Source: Myxococcota bacterium (GTDB lineage Bacteria > Myxococcota_A > UBA9160 > UBA4427). From it: a stretch of 64,000 nt of DNA. Location: assembly GCA_965250285.1 (NCBI GenBank), contig OZ252299.1:2624001-2688000 (forward strand). Direction: 5' to 3'. Under the pieces are notes generated by a model. That model saw nothing but the letters and a program-made list of their open reading frames with translations, had not been told where the DNA came from and did not search any database. The translations under genes were made by a program, and so were the position numbers. Shown piece after piece: positions 26,803-37,586 of this stretch; positions within the stretch are counted from its first letter, which is position 1, and each line of letters opens with the position of its first letter.

Positions 26803-28377
26803 GTGAACGAGGTGAGCGGGACCTTCTACGTCACCACGCCGATCTACTACGTGAACGCCGACCCTCATATCGGCCACACGTACACGACCGTGCTCGCCGA
26901 TGCGCTCGCGCGCCACCACCGGCTGTATGGCGACGACACGTTCTTCCTGACGGGCAGCGACGAGCACGGGGAAAAGGTCGCCGAGGCCGCGCGCGCCCAG
27001 GGCCGACCCGTCGCCGAGGTCGCAGATCACTTCGCCACCGTCTTCAAGGAGACGTGGGACGACCTCGGCATCTCGTACGATCGCTACATCCGAACCACCG
27101 ACAGTGATCACGTACGCGTCGTGCAGGACATTCTCCAGCGTGTGTACGACGCGGGCGAGATCACCTTCGACGAGTACGAGGGGCTCTACTGCGTCGGTTG
27201 TGAGCGTTTTCTCACCGACCGCGACATGGTCGACGGCCTCTGCAAGGATCACCTGACCAAGCCCGAGCCGCGCAAGGAGAAGAACTACTTCTTCCAGATG
27301 GGCCGACACTTCGAGTGGCTCAAGGCCCACATCGAAGCGAACCCCGACTTCATCCGCCCCGAGCGCTATCGCAACGAAGTGTTGTCGATGCTGAGCGAGG
27401 AGAGCGGCCTCGGTGGCGCGCTCTCGATCTCGCGCCCGAAGTCTCGCCTCGAGTGGGGCATCGAGCTGCCCTTCGACAACGACTACGTCTGCTACGTCTG
27501 GTTCGACGCGCTGATCAACTATCTCTCGGGCATCGGCTTCGAAGGCAACCCGAAGTTCGAGTCGTACTGGGGCGTCGTCGAGCACCTGATCGGCAAGGAC
27601 ATCCTGAAGCCGCACGCGGTGTTCTGGCCGTGCATGCTGCACGCGATCGGCCTCGACCCCTTCAAACGGCTCAACGTGCACGGCTACTGGAACGTCGACA
27701 GCCACAAGGTGTCGAAGAGTCTCGGCAACATGATCTCGCCGGTCGCCATGAAGGAGAAGTACGGCTTCGAGGCGTTTCGCTACTTCCTGCTGCGCGAGAT
27801 GAGCTTCGGCCTCGATTCGAACTTCAGCGAAGACCTGCTCGTTGCGCGCATCAACGCCGACCTGGCCAACAACCTCGGCAACCTCGTCTCGCGCACGCTC
27901 AACATGACCGGTCGCTTCGCCGACGGCGTCGTACCCGAGCCCGGCGAGATCTTCGACGAGGAGCGCACCGTGCAGGAGCAGGCCGCGCGCTCGATCCAGG
28001 AGGTCGACGCCCAGATGCGCGCCATCGCGCCGCATCGAGCGCTCGAGTCGCTCTTTGCGCTCGTCGACGAAACGAATCGCTACCTCGAGATCCGCGAGCC
28101 GTGGAAGGCCGCGAAGGATCCCGAGCTCGCCGAGCGCGTGCGCACGACGCTCTACACGTGCTGCGAGTCGCTCCGGGTCATCGCGCTGCTCGTGTCTCCC
28201 TTTCTGCCCGAGACGGCCGACGAGATCCTCGCACGCCTCGGCCTCGGACCCGCCGGCGAGAGTGACTCGCTGCCCGACGCCGCCGCGTGGGGTGCCCTCC
28301 CCGTCGGCAATGCCACGACGAAGGGCAAACCGCTCTTCCCGCGCATCGATCCGCCCGAGTCGGCGGACGGCGACTGA
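26803..28377 (+). CDS. metG: Methionine--tRNA ligase (short form, no C-terminal tRNA-binding domain)
   Basis: TTPIYYVN, HIGH, GSDEHG, YVWFDAL, GKDI, KVSKS, LANNLGNL. Confidence 0.96.
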   Translation: MNEVSGTFYVTTPIYYVNADPHIGHTYTTVLADALARHHRLYGDDTFFLTGSDEHGEKVAEAARAQGRPVAEVADHFATVFKETWDDLGISYDRYIRTTDSDHVRVVQDILQRVYDAGEITFDEYEGLYCVGCERFLTDRDMVDGLCKDHLTKPEPRKEKNYFFQMGRHFEWLKAHIEANPDFIRPERYRNEVLSMLSEESGLGGALSISRPKSRLEWGIELPFDNDYVCYVWFDALINYLSGIGFEGNPKFESYWGVVEHLIGKDILKPHAVFWPCMLHAIGLDPFKRLNVHGYWNVDSHKVSKSLGNMISPVAMKEKYGFEAFRYFLLREMSFGLDSNFSEDLLVARINADLANNLGNLVSRTLNMTGRFADGVVPEPGEIFDEERTVQEQAARSIQEVDAQMRAIAPHRALESLFALVDETNRYLEIREPWKAAKDPELAERVRTTLYTCCESLRVIALLVSPFLPETADEILARLGLGPAGESDSLPDAAAWGALPVGNATTKGKPLFPRIDPPESADGD

Positions 28378-28388
28378 GGAGCGACACC

Positions 28389-29177
<789 letters not shown>

Positions 29178-29203
29178 ACGCATTCGAAAGGCGAACCCGA
29201 CCG

Positions 29204-30013
29204 ATGCCCCTCGACGTCGATGCCCTCGAGCCCGAGCTACGCGACGTGCACGATCTCGCCGTGCGCCTCGCGCGCGAAGCGGCGAAGATCCAGCGCGACC
29301 GCTACGAGACCGATCTGGACATCAACACGAAGGGCACGACGATCGACCTCGTCACAGAAGTCGATCACGCCTGCGAGGCGCTGATCGTCGGCGAGATCGA
29401 ACGGCTGCGCCCCGACGACGCGATCCTCGCCGAGGAGGGCGGCGGCCGCGACCGTGAGGGCGCCGAGTGGCGCTGGGTGATCGATCCGCTCGACGGCACC
29501 ACCAACTACGCGCACGGCTTCCCGCGCTTCTGCGTCTCGATCGGCGTCGAGTGGCGCGGCGAACGCGCGGTGGCCGCCGTGCTCGACCCCCTGCTCGACG
29601 AGCTCTTCCTCGCCGTCAAGGGACACGGGGCCTTCGTCAACCAACGCCAGCTCCAGGTGTCGAGCGAGCCCGACCTCGGCAACGCGCTGATTGCCACGGG
29701 TTTCGCCTACGACGTGCGCAAGAGCCGCGAAGACAACGTCGCCGAGTTCGCGCGCGTGCTGAAGGGTGCACGCGGGCTGCGCCGCGACGGCAGCGCGGCC
29801 CTCGACCTCTGCTACGTGGCCGCGGGCCGACTCGACGCGTACTGGGAGCAGAAGCTGCAAGCCTGGGACGTCGCCGCGGGCATCCTGATCGTCGAAGAGG
29901 CGCAGGGTCGCGTGACCGACATGCAGGGTGGCCCCGCGCCGTCGACCGGCCGACAGATCGTCGCCAGCAACGGCCGACTCCACGACGCGATCCTCGAGCG
30001 GCTCGGCGGATGA
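29204..30013 (+). CDS. suhB: Inositol monophosphatase (SuhB family)
   Basis: DLVTEVD, WVIDPLDGTTNY, GSAALDL, WDVAAG. Confidence 0.93.
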   Translation: MPLDVDALEPELRDVHDLAVRLAREAAKIQRDRYETDLDINTKGTTIDLVTEVDHACEALIVGEIERLRPDDAILAEEGGGRDREGAEWRWVIDPLDGTTNYAHGFPRFCVSIGVEWRGERAVAAVLDPLLDELFLAVKGHGAFVNQRQLQVSSEPDLGNALIATGFAYDVRKSREDNVAEFARVLKGARGLRRDGSAALDLCYVAAGRLDAYWEQKLQAWDVAAGILIVEEAQGRVTDMQGGPAPSTGRQIVASNGRLHDAILERLGG

Positions 30014-31839
30014 CACCGCGCTCGTTCGCCTCGCCGCGCGCCGTCGTACCCACCCGCCGGGTCGCGCGCGGCCGACGTCTTGGCGCCGCCTGGCGAATCA
30101 CTTCGAGTCTGGGCGTGCTGCTCGCTGCCGCGCTCGGCTGTTCACCGCCCGAGGCGCCCGAGCACACCGCCGCGCGCGCGATCGAGACCCGCGACGCCGC
30201 GGCGCTCGCCGCCACCCTCGACGCCCTCGCCGACGACGAGACCGCCGCGGGTTCGCGCGCGGCACAGCGGACCGCGCTGCTTGCCCAGGCGGCCGAACGT
30301 GGCGGTGCCGAGTCGGTGTCGCTGCTGCTCGGCGCCGGCTGGCCCCTGGATCGCGCCGACGCCACCGGCCGCACCCCGCTGCACGCCGCTGCGGCGGGCG
30401 GCGACGTCGAGGTGATCGCGCTGCTCCTCGCGCGCGGGCACGCGGTCGGCGTCCGCACGATCGAAGGCTGGACGCCGCTTCACGAAGCCGCGCGGAACGG
30501 TCGATTGGATGCAGCGACCGCGCTGCTCGACGCGGGCTCTTCGGTCGACGCGAAGACGACCGGCGACATCACCCCGCTCTATCTCGCGCTGCAGGCCGGC
30601 TCGCCCGACACCACCCGCGTGCTGCTCGAGCGCGGCGCCTCCCTCGACGCCGCATCGGGCGCGGGCTGGTCCGCCGCGATCGTCGCTTCGCAGAGCGGCG
30701 ATGCAGAGACGCTCGCACGCGTCATCGAAGCGGGCGCCGACCCCCTCGCGCTCGGACCGGCGGGCAAGAGCGCGCTGCACATCGCGGCGCGCGCAGGCGA
30801 GGCCGCGCCGATCGAGCTGCTGATCGAACGGGGCGCAGACCCCGAAGCGCGCGACGCAGCGGGCGAGACGGCGCTCCACGTGGCCGCGGCCGCGGGCGCC
30901 ATCGACGCAGCGGCCCCGCTGATCGCCCACGGTGCGTCCCTCGCCCCGGTCCGCTCGGACGGGCGGACGCCGCTTCACGTCGCCCTCGAAGCGAAGCAGC
31001 CCGAGATGGCGATCTGGCTGATCGACGCCGGCGCGCCGACCGATCTGCGCGACGCGGCCGGGCGCGACGCTCTGCTGGCCAGCGTCTGGCGAGGGCAGAC
31101 CGAGGTGACCGCGCATCTGATCGACGCCGGCGCGTCTCTCGACGCGCGTGACTCGAACTCTTGGACGGCCGTGCACACCGCCGCGTACACACACCACCCC
31201 GGCGACCTCGGCGTGCTGATCGAGCGCGGCGCCGACATCGAGGCCGCGACCGACAATGGGCTGCGGCCGCTGCACATCGCCGCGGGGATGGGCGACCCGG
31301 TCGTGGTGGATCTTCTGCTTCGGGCCGGAGCGCAGCTCGATGTGCTCGATGACGAAGGCGACACGCCGATTCACTTTGCCGCGCGCAAGGATCGCGTCGA
31401 CATCCTCGCCGCCCTCGCGGAAGCCGGCATCGCACTCCAGGTCGCCGACGCCAACGGGGGCTCGCCGATGCACTCGGCCGCCCGAGCCGATCGCCCCGAC
31501 GTGATCGAGCTCCTGATCGCGCAGGGTCTCGACGTCGAGGCGCGGACGCAAGATGGACTGCGGCCCCTTCATGCCGCGGCGATGTTCGCCGGCCCCGAGG
31601 TCATCACACTGCTCGTCGACGCCGGGGCCGAGCTCGATCCGCGCAACGGGCTGCGCGCCACGCCGCTGTTCCTGGCCGCACGGGCCGGCCGACTCGAGGC
31701 CGTGCAGGCGCTGGCGGCGCGCGGAGCGGCGCTCGACGCCCGCGCCGTCAGTGGGCTCGGACCACTCGAGGTCGCGCGCAAGGAAGGCCACGGCGACGTC
31801 GCCGCGTGGATCGAGTCGGCGCGTCGAAACGGGGGCTGA
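30010..31839 (+). CDS. Ankyrin-repeat lipoprotein (about 16 repeats)
   Basis: Lipobox ALGC; repeated G-x-TPLH-x-AA motifs at 33-aa spacing; ATGA overlap with the suhB stop. Confidence 0.92.
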   Translation: MTPRSFASPRAVVPTRRVARGRRLGAAWRITSSLGVLLAAALGCSPPEAPEHTAARAIETRDAAALAATLDALADDETAAGSRAAQRTALLAQAAERGGAESVSLLLGAGWPLDRADATGRTPLHAAAAGGDVEVIALLLARGHAVGVRTIEGWTPLHEAARNGRLDAATALLDAGSSVDAKTTGDITPLYLALQAGSPDTTRVLLERGASLDAASGAGWSAAIVASQSGDAETLARVIEAGADPLALGPAGKSALHIAARAGEAAPIELLIERGADPEARDAAGETALHVAAAAGAIDAAAPLIAHGASLAPVRSDGRTPLHVALEAKQPEMAIWLIDAGAPTDLRDAAGRDALLASVWRGQTEVTAHLIDAGASLDARDSNSWTAVHTAAYTHHPGDLGVLIERGADIEAATDNGLRPLHIAAGMGDPVVVDLLLRAGAQLDVLDDEGDTPIHFAARKDRVDILAALAEAGIALQVADANGGSPMHSAARADRPDVIELLIAQGLDVEARTQDGLRPLHAAAMFAGPEVITLLVDAGAELDPRNGLRATPLFLAARAGRLEAVQALAARGAALDARAVSGLGPLEVARKEGHGDVAAWIESARRNGG

Positions 31840-31850
31840 CCGCGCGCCCA

Positions 31851-31905
31851 CTGCGTCTCAGCCGCGAGCGCTGCGTCTCATGCGCAGCCGCCGCGTCTCA
31901 TGCGC
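31851..31905. repeat. Three direct repeats C(T/C)GCGTCTCA with an exact 20-bp period
   Basis: Copies at 31851-31860, 31871-31880 and 31891-31900; the last two extend with TGCGC. Confidence 0.8.
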
Positions 31906-31969
31906 CGTCGCTTGACCGAGCGGACGGCGCTGAGCAGAAGCACGCACCCCCACGCCGCGACCGGCGGGC

Positions 31970-33463
31970 TCAGAGCTGCGGCTCGACCACGCCCTCGACG
32001 TCATCGACGGGGAAGCTCGGCTCGGGCGCGCCCAGCCGATCGAGCTCGGGGCGGTCGTCGCCCTGCGCTCCTTCGAGGAAGGCGCCGCGAAAGGCCGTGA
32101 GCGACGTCGGCAGCAGACCGGCCGTGGCCTCGTCGATCAGCAGGATCGCGTCGCCGCCGGCCTGCGCCGCATACGTGCCGATGCCGGGCCGGGTGCGTCC
32201 GAGGACCACGTCGGCGAGCAGCGGCGCCGTGGCGCCCGAGCTGCCCTCTCCCCAGACGCGCAGCGCGATCCGCGGGGGCGCGATGCCGAGCGACGCCTGC
32301 TCGGCGGGGCCGAGCCGATCCGCCACGACGTCGATGCCGTCGAGGCTCGACAGCGTCGTCACGACCCCCGAGGCCGCGGCGGCCGACATCGGTTCGGGGC
32401 TGGTGACCCAGCGCCCGCCGACGAGCTCGCCCTGGATCCGCACCGGCTCGGGGCCCTCCGCGTCGGCCAGCGTGATCTCGAAGCTGCGCGCGGCGTCGAT
32501 CGCGAAGCGCGAGAGCGTCTTGTCGCGGTAGTCGGCGACGCGACGCGGCCAGTCATCGGCCCGCTCTGCGGCGACCTCGAAGAGGGCGCCCTCGCGTCCG
32601 CGAATCACGATGCGCGGCTCCGCACCGGCGGTCGGCGCCGCCGCGACGAGGTCGACGTCGACGAGCGTCGCGCCGGCCCCGCTCAGCTCGGCGGCGAAGA
32701 ACGGCGCATCGAACGCCGACGGCGCGACGTCGTCTTCGGGGAAGCCGTCGGCTCGCAGATAGGCGAGGTCGGAGAGGAGCCCGTCGACGCGCAGGCGATC
32801 GGCGCGCTCTTCGACCGGATCGATCAGCCACCATCCGTCGCTTCTTCGCTCGAGCTCGACAGCGCCATCGACCCACGCGAAGCGGGCGCGCTGCACGGCG
32901 GCCGTCTCGAAGGGCCAGACCCGCGTATCGCGCAGCTCGTCGAGGGTCTTGCCGAACGCTACGAGCGCATTCGCCGGGACGAGCACGATGTCGCTCGCAT
33001 CGTCGAGCAGCACGTAGCGTTCACCGCCCACCGGTGCGCTGCCGCCCAGACGCACGGTGCGCGGCGCCCCATTCGCCACGAACGAGATGGACGCGGCATC
33101 GGGGCCAAGGCCGAACGCGGCGAGGTCGTCGCCCTGCACTCGCTTCTCGCTGCTGAGCTCGGCGAGGCCCGCGAGCATCGCGTCGACGGCCGAGCTGCTC
33201 GCGGGAAAGTCGATCGGCGAGGTGATCTGCCAGCGCGCCCCGGCCCCTTCGCCCTCGCCCTCGCGGACGAGATCGACCTGGACACCGTGCACGGTCGTGA
33301 CCGAGAGCGACGTGATCTGGTCGGCTTCGATTTCGGGCCAGAGCTGATTGCGCTTCGCCTCGGCCGCCGTTCGCTCGGCGCCGCCGCGAATCTCGTAGAA
33401 GTAGATGAAGGCGCCGAGCAGCGCGGCAATGAGCGCGAGGACCGCCGTGTGGCGCGGCTGCAC
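31970..33463 (-). CDS. DUF4340 domain protein
   Basis: N-terminal TM, repeated W-x-I-x-x-P...AVDAML/RVDGLL units, LRD motif; last gene of the Gld-like ABC operon. Confidence 0.8.
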   Translation of the reverse strand: MQPRHTAVLALIAALLGAFIYFYEIRGGAERTAAEAKRNQLWPEIEADQITSLSVTTVHGVQVDLVREGEGEGAGARWQITSPIDFPASSSAVDAMLAGLAELSSEKRVQGDDLAAFGLGPDAASISFVANGAPRTVRLGGSAPVGGERYVLLDDASDIVLVPANALVAFGKTLDELRDTRVWPFETAAVQRARFAWVDGAVELERRSDGWWLIDPVEERADRLRVDGLLSDLAYLRADGFPEDDVAPSAFDAPFFAAELSGAGATLVDVDLVAAAPTAGAEPRIVIRGREGALFEVAAERADDWPRRVADYRDKTLSRFAIDAARSFEITLADAEGPEPVRIQGELVGGRWVTSPEPMSAAAASGVVTTLSSLDGIDVVADRLGPAEQASLGIAPPRIALRVWGEGSSGATAPLLADVVLGRTRPGIGTYAAQAGGDAILLIDEATAGLLPTSLTAFRGAFLEGAQGDDRPELDRLGAPEPSFPVDDVEGVVEPQL

Positions 33464-33466
33464 TGG

Positions 33467-35095
33467 TCAACGCTCCGCGCGATCGCGGCGCCACCACCAG
33501 GCGAACACACCGATCACCGCGATCAGCTCGGGCACGAGAAAGAGCGAGAGCGACTGCAGACGCTCGAAGTCGTCGACCGAGAGCCGGTGGCGCGTCGCCT
33601 GCGCGACGTTCGGGCGGAGCGCAATCTGTTCGACGTCGCCGAGCAGCCAGTTGACCGAGTTCAGGAAGAGGTCGCGATTGCGGAAGCTGTCGATGTACTC
33701 GTTGGCCGCGAAGTTCGAGTCGCCGAACGCGACGATGCGGGCCGGGATCGACGCGGCCGGGGCCTCCCCCTCGGCTGCAGAGGGCATCGGCACCACGATC
33801 GAGCCCGCCGCGGCGATCGGGACGGGGCCGGCGAGGTCGCCTTCGCCGAAGACGGCGCGACCGGTGCGCATCCAGTCGTCGAGATCACGCTCGGCCCACG
33901 AGTCGGCGCCGGTCGAGACGATGACGTCGACGTCCTCGCTGTCGAGGTCGACGAGCACGCTGCGAACCATCGGGAAGAGCGCGGTCTCGCTGAGCCCGGC
34001 GGTGATGGGATGGTCCTCGGCGTACTGGCCGGCGAAGGGGCTCGTCGCCTGGCCGAAGAGCGCGAGGCTCCGGTCGACCACGACGTCGTCCCCGAAGCGG
34101 ATCCCCCAGTCGGCGAGGTCGTCGTAGAGGTTCGTGTTGGCGCGGGGGTCGATCATCACGAGCAGCGCACCGCCCCCGGCCAGGTAGCGGCGCAGCACGT
34201 CGAGCTCGTGGTCGAGCATCGGCTGCGTCGGCCCCGCCAGAATCAGCGCATCGGCGTCGTCGGGCACCGCGCCGATCGTCGCGAGACGCAGCCCTTCGAC
34301 CGCATACGTCTCGTTGCGCAGGGCGTCGGCGGCGCGCCCGGCGCTCTCCTTGCCCACCGCGGTCGCGCCTTCGGCGTCGACGATCGGTCGCTCGTTGTGA
34401 CCGGTCACGAAGTAGACCTTCTTGCCGCTGTCACGCGTCAGCTTGAGCAAGGCGTTCGTGATGGGCGACTCGCCGAACTCGGTCACGAGGACGGCGTCGG
34501 TGTCGGTCGAGACCCGCATGAGGCCGCGCGCGAGCGCCTCGGGGTCGAGGCCGAGACTCTGCACGACGCCCGGCACCGCGTTGGGATCGAGAAACTCGAC
34601 CGTCACGCGGTCGCTCGCGTAGTCGTAGCGGCCGAGCAGCTCTGCGATGCCCGGCGCCTCGGCGGCCGCGAAGAACGCGGTCAGCGTCACGTCCGTTTCG
34701 AGACCGTCGAGCAGGCCGAGCGTCTGCTCGGTCAGCGTGTTCACCGAATCATCCGACCAGTCGAATCGCGCGTGATACCGAGTCGAGAGGAACGCGAGGC
34801 CACCGAGGATCGCCAGCGACAGCACGGCCGAGAGCACGGCCGACACCCCGTGGCGACCGATTCGACGCCCCTCGTCGGAGCGCAGCCGATCGCGCACCTG
34901 ATCGAACGACATGAAGAGGCCCGCGGTCAGCAGGAGCACGCCGACGAGCAGGTTGGCGCTGACCCAGCCGAAGAGGCTCTCGGCGAGATCCTGACGAACC
35001 GGGTCGTAGAGAAAGAGCTGCACGAGGAGCGAGAGCAGGCCGAAGCCCACGCCCACGAGTCCGAGCCCACCGAGGAGTGCCGGCCAACCCTTCAT
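33467..35095 (-). CDS. GldG-like ABC transporter auxiliary component
   Basis: RFDWS...TL, VYFVTGHNE, YLAGGGALLVMIDP, FGDSNF, NRDLFLNSVNWL, C-terminal TM WWWRR. Confidence 0.88.
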   Translation of the reverse strand: MKGWPALLGGLGLVGVGFGLLSLLVQLFLYDPVRQDLAESLFGWVSANLLVGVLLLTAGLFMSFDQVRDRLRSDEGRRIGRHGVSAVLSAVLSLAILGGLAFLSTRYHARFDWSDDSVNTLTEQTLGLLDGLETDVTLTAFFAAAEAPGIAELLGRYDYASDRVTVEFLDPNAVPGVVQSLGLDPEALARGLMRVSTDTDAVLVTEFGESPITNALLKLTRDSGKKVYFVTGHNERPIVDAEGATAVGKESAGRAADALRNETYAVEGLRLATIGAVPDDADALILAGPTQPMLDHELDVLRRYLAGGGALLVMIDPRANTNLYDDLADWGIRFGDDVVVDRSLALFGQATSPFAGQYAEDHPITAGLSETALFPMVRSVLVDLDSEDVDVIVSTGADSWAERDLDDWMRTGRAVFGEGDLAGPVPIAAAGSIVVPMPSAAEGEAPAASIPARIVAFGDSNFAANEYIDSFRNRDLFLNSVNWLLGDVEQIALRPNVAQATRHRLSVDDFERLQSLSLFLVPELIAVIGVFAWWWRRDRAER

Positions 35096-35132
35096 CGCGC
35101 GCCTCCGCGCAGCCCTGCCCTTGCGCGTCGGA

Positions 35133-35933
35133 TCAGCGCCATCGGTCGCTCTCCACCGCGGTCTTCGCGAGCACCAGGAAGCCGAGGGTCGTGATGCCGA
35201 AATACGCGAGATCGGCGGTGTCGACGACGCCGCGCAACATCTCTTCGAAGTGCGGCGCCGTGGCCACCCAGCCGAACGCCGCCGCGATCGGCGAAGCGAT
35301 CTCACCGGGGACACCCGACGTAGTCAGGTTGACCAGGAAGGGCAGCATCATGCCGATCACGAGCAGCAGCACCAGCGTCAGGATGAACGCGATCAGCTGG
35401 TTGCGCGTGATCGACGAGCCGAAGGCCCCGACGGCGACGTAGGCGAAGCTCACGCACACCAGCCCGAGCAGGGCCGCCGCGGTCTTGCCGGCGTCGGGGT
35501 CGCCGAAGAAGAAGAGCAACACGGGGAAGAAGGCGACGATCGCAACCATCAGCAGCGCGAAGCCCAGCGCCGCGAGGTACTTGCCGACGACGACCTCCCA
35601 GAGCGTGACCGGGCTCGTCATCAGCAGCTCGATCGTGCCCGTGGCCCGCTCGGTCGAGAAGAGCCCCATGGTCACGGCCGGCATCAGGAAGATCTGCACG
35701 ACCCACATCGCCCCGACGAAGGGGCCGATCAGGTCGTCGTTCAGGTTGATCTCGGCGAGGCGGTCGTAGGCGCCGAACTGCGTGGCCTGCTCGATGGTGA
35801 GCTGGAACGCGACGACGTTCGTGAGAAAGAACGTCCCGGCGAGCACCGCCCAGAGCGTGAGCACGACGTATGCCACGGGCGACACGAAGTACGACCGAAG
35901 CTCGCGCCACGCGATCGACAGCACGTGGCTCAT
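35133..35933 (-). CDS. ABC-2 permease (GldF-like)
   Basis: RELRSYFVSPVAY, ERATGTIELLMTSP, VVGKYLA. Confidence 0.9.
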   Translation of the reverse strand: MSHVLSIAWRELRSYFVSPVAYVVLTLWAVLAGTFFLTNVVAFQLTIEQATQFGAYDRLAEINLNDDLIGPFVGAMWVVQIFLMPAVTMGLFSTERATGTIELLMTSPVTLWEVVVGKYLAALGFALLMVAIVAFFPVLLFFFGDPDAGKTAAALLGLVCVSFAYVAVGAFGSSITRNQLIAFILTLVLLLVIGMMLPFLVNLTTSGVPGEIASPIAAAFGWVATAPHFEEMLRGVVDTADLAYFGITTLGFLVLAKTAVESDRWR

Positions 35934-36700
35934 GCCGCGTCCTCGCCGGCGTCGTCGCGGGTACTCACGCGCGTGAAGACCTCTTCGAGGGTCTCGCCGC
36001 CCGAAGTCAGCTCGGCCAGCGACGCATCGAGCGCCATTCGACCGCGGTGGATCAGCACGACGCGGTCGCAGAGCGCCTCGACCTCGTTGAGAATGTGCGT
36101 CGAGAGGATCACCGTGTGACCGCCCTGCTCGCCTTCGGGCGCCGCGAGGGACTGGATCAACGACCGGATCTCCCGAATCTGGATCGGATCGAGGCCGACC
36201 GTCGGCTCGTCGAGCACGAGCACCTTGGGGTCGTGCACGATCGCCTGAGCGAGCCCCACGCGCTGGCGGTAGCCCTTCGAGAGGTGACCGATCACGCGAT
36301 CGGCCGTGTCCTCGAGCCCGCACCGCGCCATCGCGCTCGCGACCGCAGCCGCTCGTTCGCCTCGCGGCACGTCCTTGAGCGAGGCAACGAACTGCAGATA
36401 GCCGCGCACGGTCATCTCGGGGTACACGGGCGGGCTCTCGGGCAGGTAGCCGATCGCGCGCCGCGCATCGAGCGGCGCGTCGAAGATGTCGTGCCCGTCG
36501 ATGCGCACGGTGCCGTTCGTCGGCGGGATGAAGCCGGTCAGCATGCGCATCGTCGTCGTCTTGCCGGCCCCGTTCGTGCCGAGAAAGCCGAGAACCTCGC
36601 CGCGAGCCGCGCGAAACGAGAGATCTCGCACCGCCTCGAACTCGCCGTAGCGCTTCGAGAGGCCCTCGACCTCGATGCCGAATGTCGCCTCGCCGCTCAC
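35930..36700 (-). CDS. ABC transporter ATP-binding protein (GldA-like)
   Basis: GTNGAGKTT, LSKGYRQRVG, LDEPTVGLDP, STH. Confidence 0.93.
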   Translation of the reverse strand: MSGEATFGIEVEGLSKRYGEFEAVRDLSFRAARGEVLGFLGTNGAGKTTTMRMLTGFIPPTNGTVRIDGHDIFDAPLDARRAIGYLPESPPVYPEMTVRGYLQFVASLKDVPRGERAAAVASAMARCGLEDTADRVIGHLSKGYRQRVGLAQAIVHDPKVLVLDEPTVGLDPIQIREIRSLIQSLAAPEGEQGGHTVILSTHILNEVEALCDRVVLIHRGRMALDASLAELTSGGETLEEVFTRVSTRDDAGEDAA

Positions 36701-37389
36701 CCTGCCCCCCCGCTCGAGCTGCCATCGTCGCGCGTGCCGCCGCCGCACCGCGGGCGCATTCCGTTGAGGAACAGGTCGACCACCGTGCGCGCGACGTTGA
36801 TGTAGTACGTCGCTTCGTCGTCCGCATCCCCTTCGACCGGCAGGATGTCGAGCACGCGCCCCGTCACCACGATGTCGAGCCCGCCGATGAAGAGGTAGGA
36901 CGCGGTGCGCGGCTCGAGGTCGGCGCGGAGCTCGCCCTTCTTCTGCCCCTCGGCGACGATGCCACCGACGAGGCCGAACAGACGCCCCATCGCCTCGAGG
37001 CGGTCGCGGTCGTGGAATCTCGGTGAACGCTGAATCTCGAAGACGAGCACCTTCACCCAGTCGCGTCGCACGCGGTAGGCGTTGAGGATGAGCGCGGCGA
37101 CCGAGAGCAGCTTGTCCTCGGTGCCGCTGCCGCTCTCGGCGATCGCCTCGATCGCGTCGAGGAACGCCCCCCACTGCTCGTCGAAGATGGTGTCGAGCAC
37201 CTCCTCCTTGTTCTTGAAATAGTGGTAGACGAGCCCGTAGGCGATGCCCGCCTCGCGCGCGATGTCCGAGACGCGCGAGCCGTGATAGCCGTTGCGCGCG
37301 AACACCTTGATCGCCGCCTCCACGATGAGCTGCCGCTTGTCGCGGCCGGCGCGGCTGCGCTCGCTCTCGTCGGGGGATCGGGGGACCAT
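36697..37389 (-). CDS. TetR/AcrR family regulator
   Basis: DIAREAGIAYGLVYHYFKNKE. Confidence 0.93.
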   Translation of the reverse strand: MVPRSPDESERSRAGRDKRQLIVEAAIKVFARNGYHGSRVSDIAREAGIAYGLVYHYFKNKEEVLDTIFDEQWGAFLDAIEAIAESGSGTEDKLLSVAALILNAYRVRRDWVKVLVFEIQRSPRFHDRDRLEAMGRLFGLVGGIVAEGQKKGELRADLEPRTASYLFIGGLDIVVTGRVLDILPVEGDADDEATYYINVARTVVDLFLNGMRPRCGGGTRDDGSSSGGAG

Positions 37390-37435
37390 GGGCTCCACAG
37401 GCGCCGAAGGCGATCGAAAGGGTGGGCGACGGCCG

Positions 37436-37465
37436 ATGATATGAGGCGCGCCGCGCGGCAGTCAA
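37436..37465 (-). promoter_or_regulatory. Sigma-70-type promoter of the tetR/Gld-like ABC operon
   Basis: TTGACT-N18-TATCAT on the minus strand. Confidence 0.5.
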
Positions 37466-37586
37466 CCGGCGCATGCGCCGGCAACCGGCCGGCGGTGCTC
37501 GCGAATCGATGCGCGTGAACGGCTCGAAAAGGGCCCCGGAACGCGGCGGATGGGTCGGTCGGTGCGTGTGGAGCTATCCTCGACGC

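Noticed and set aside
31851..31905. CRISPR array
   Set aside because: The repeats are 10 bp with 10-bp spacers, there are only three copies, and there are no cas genes.
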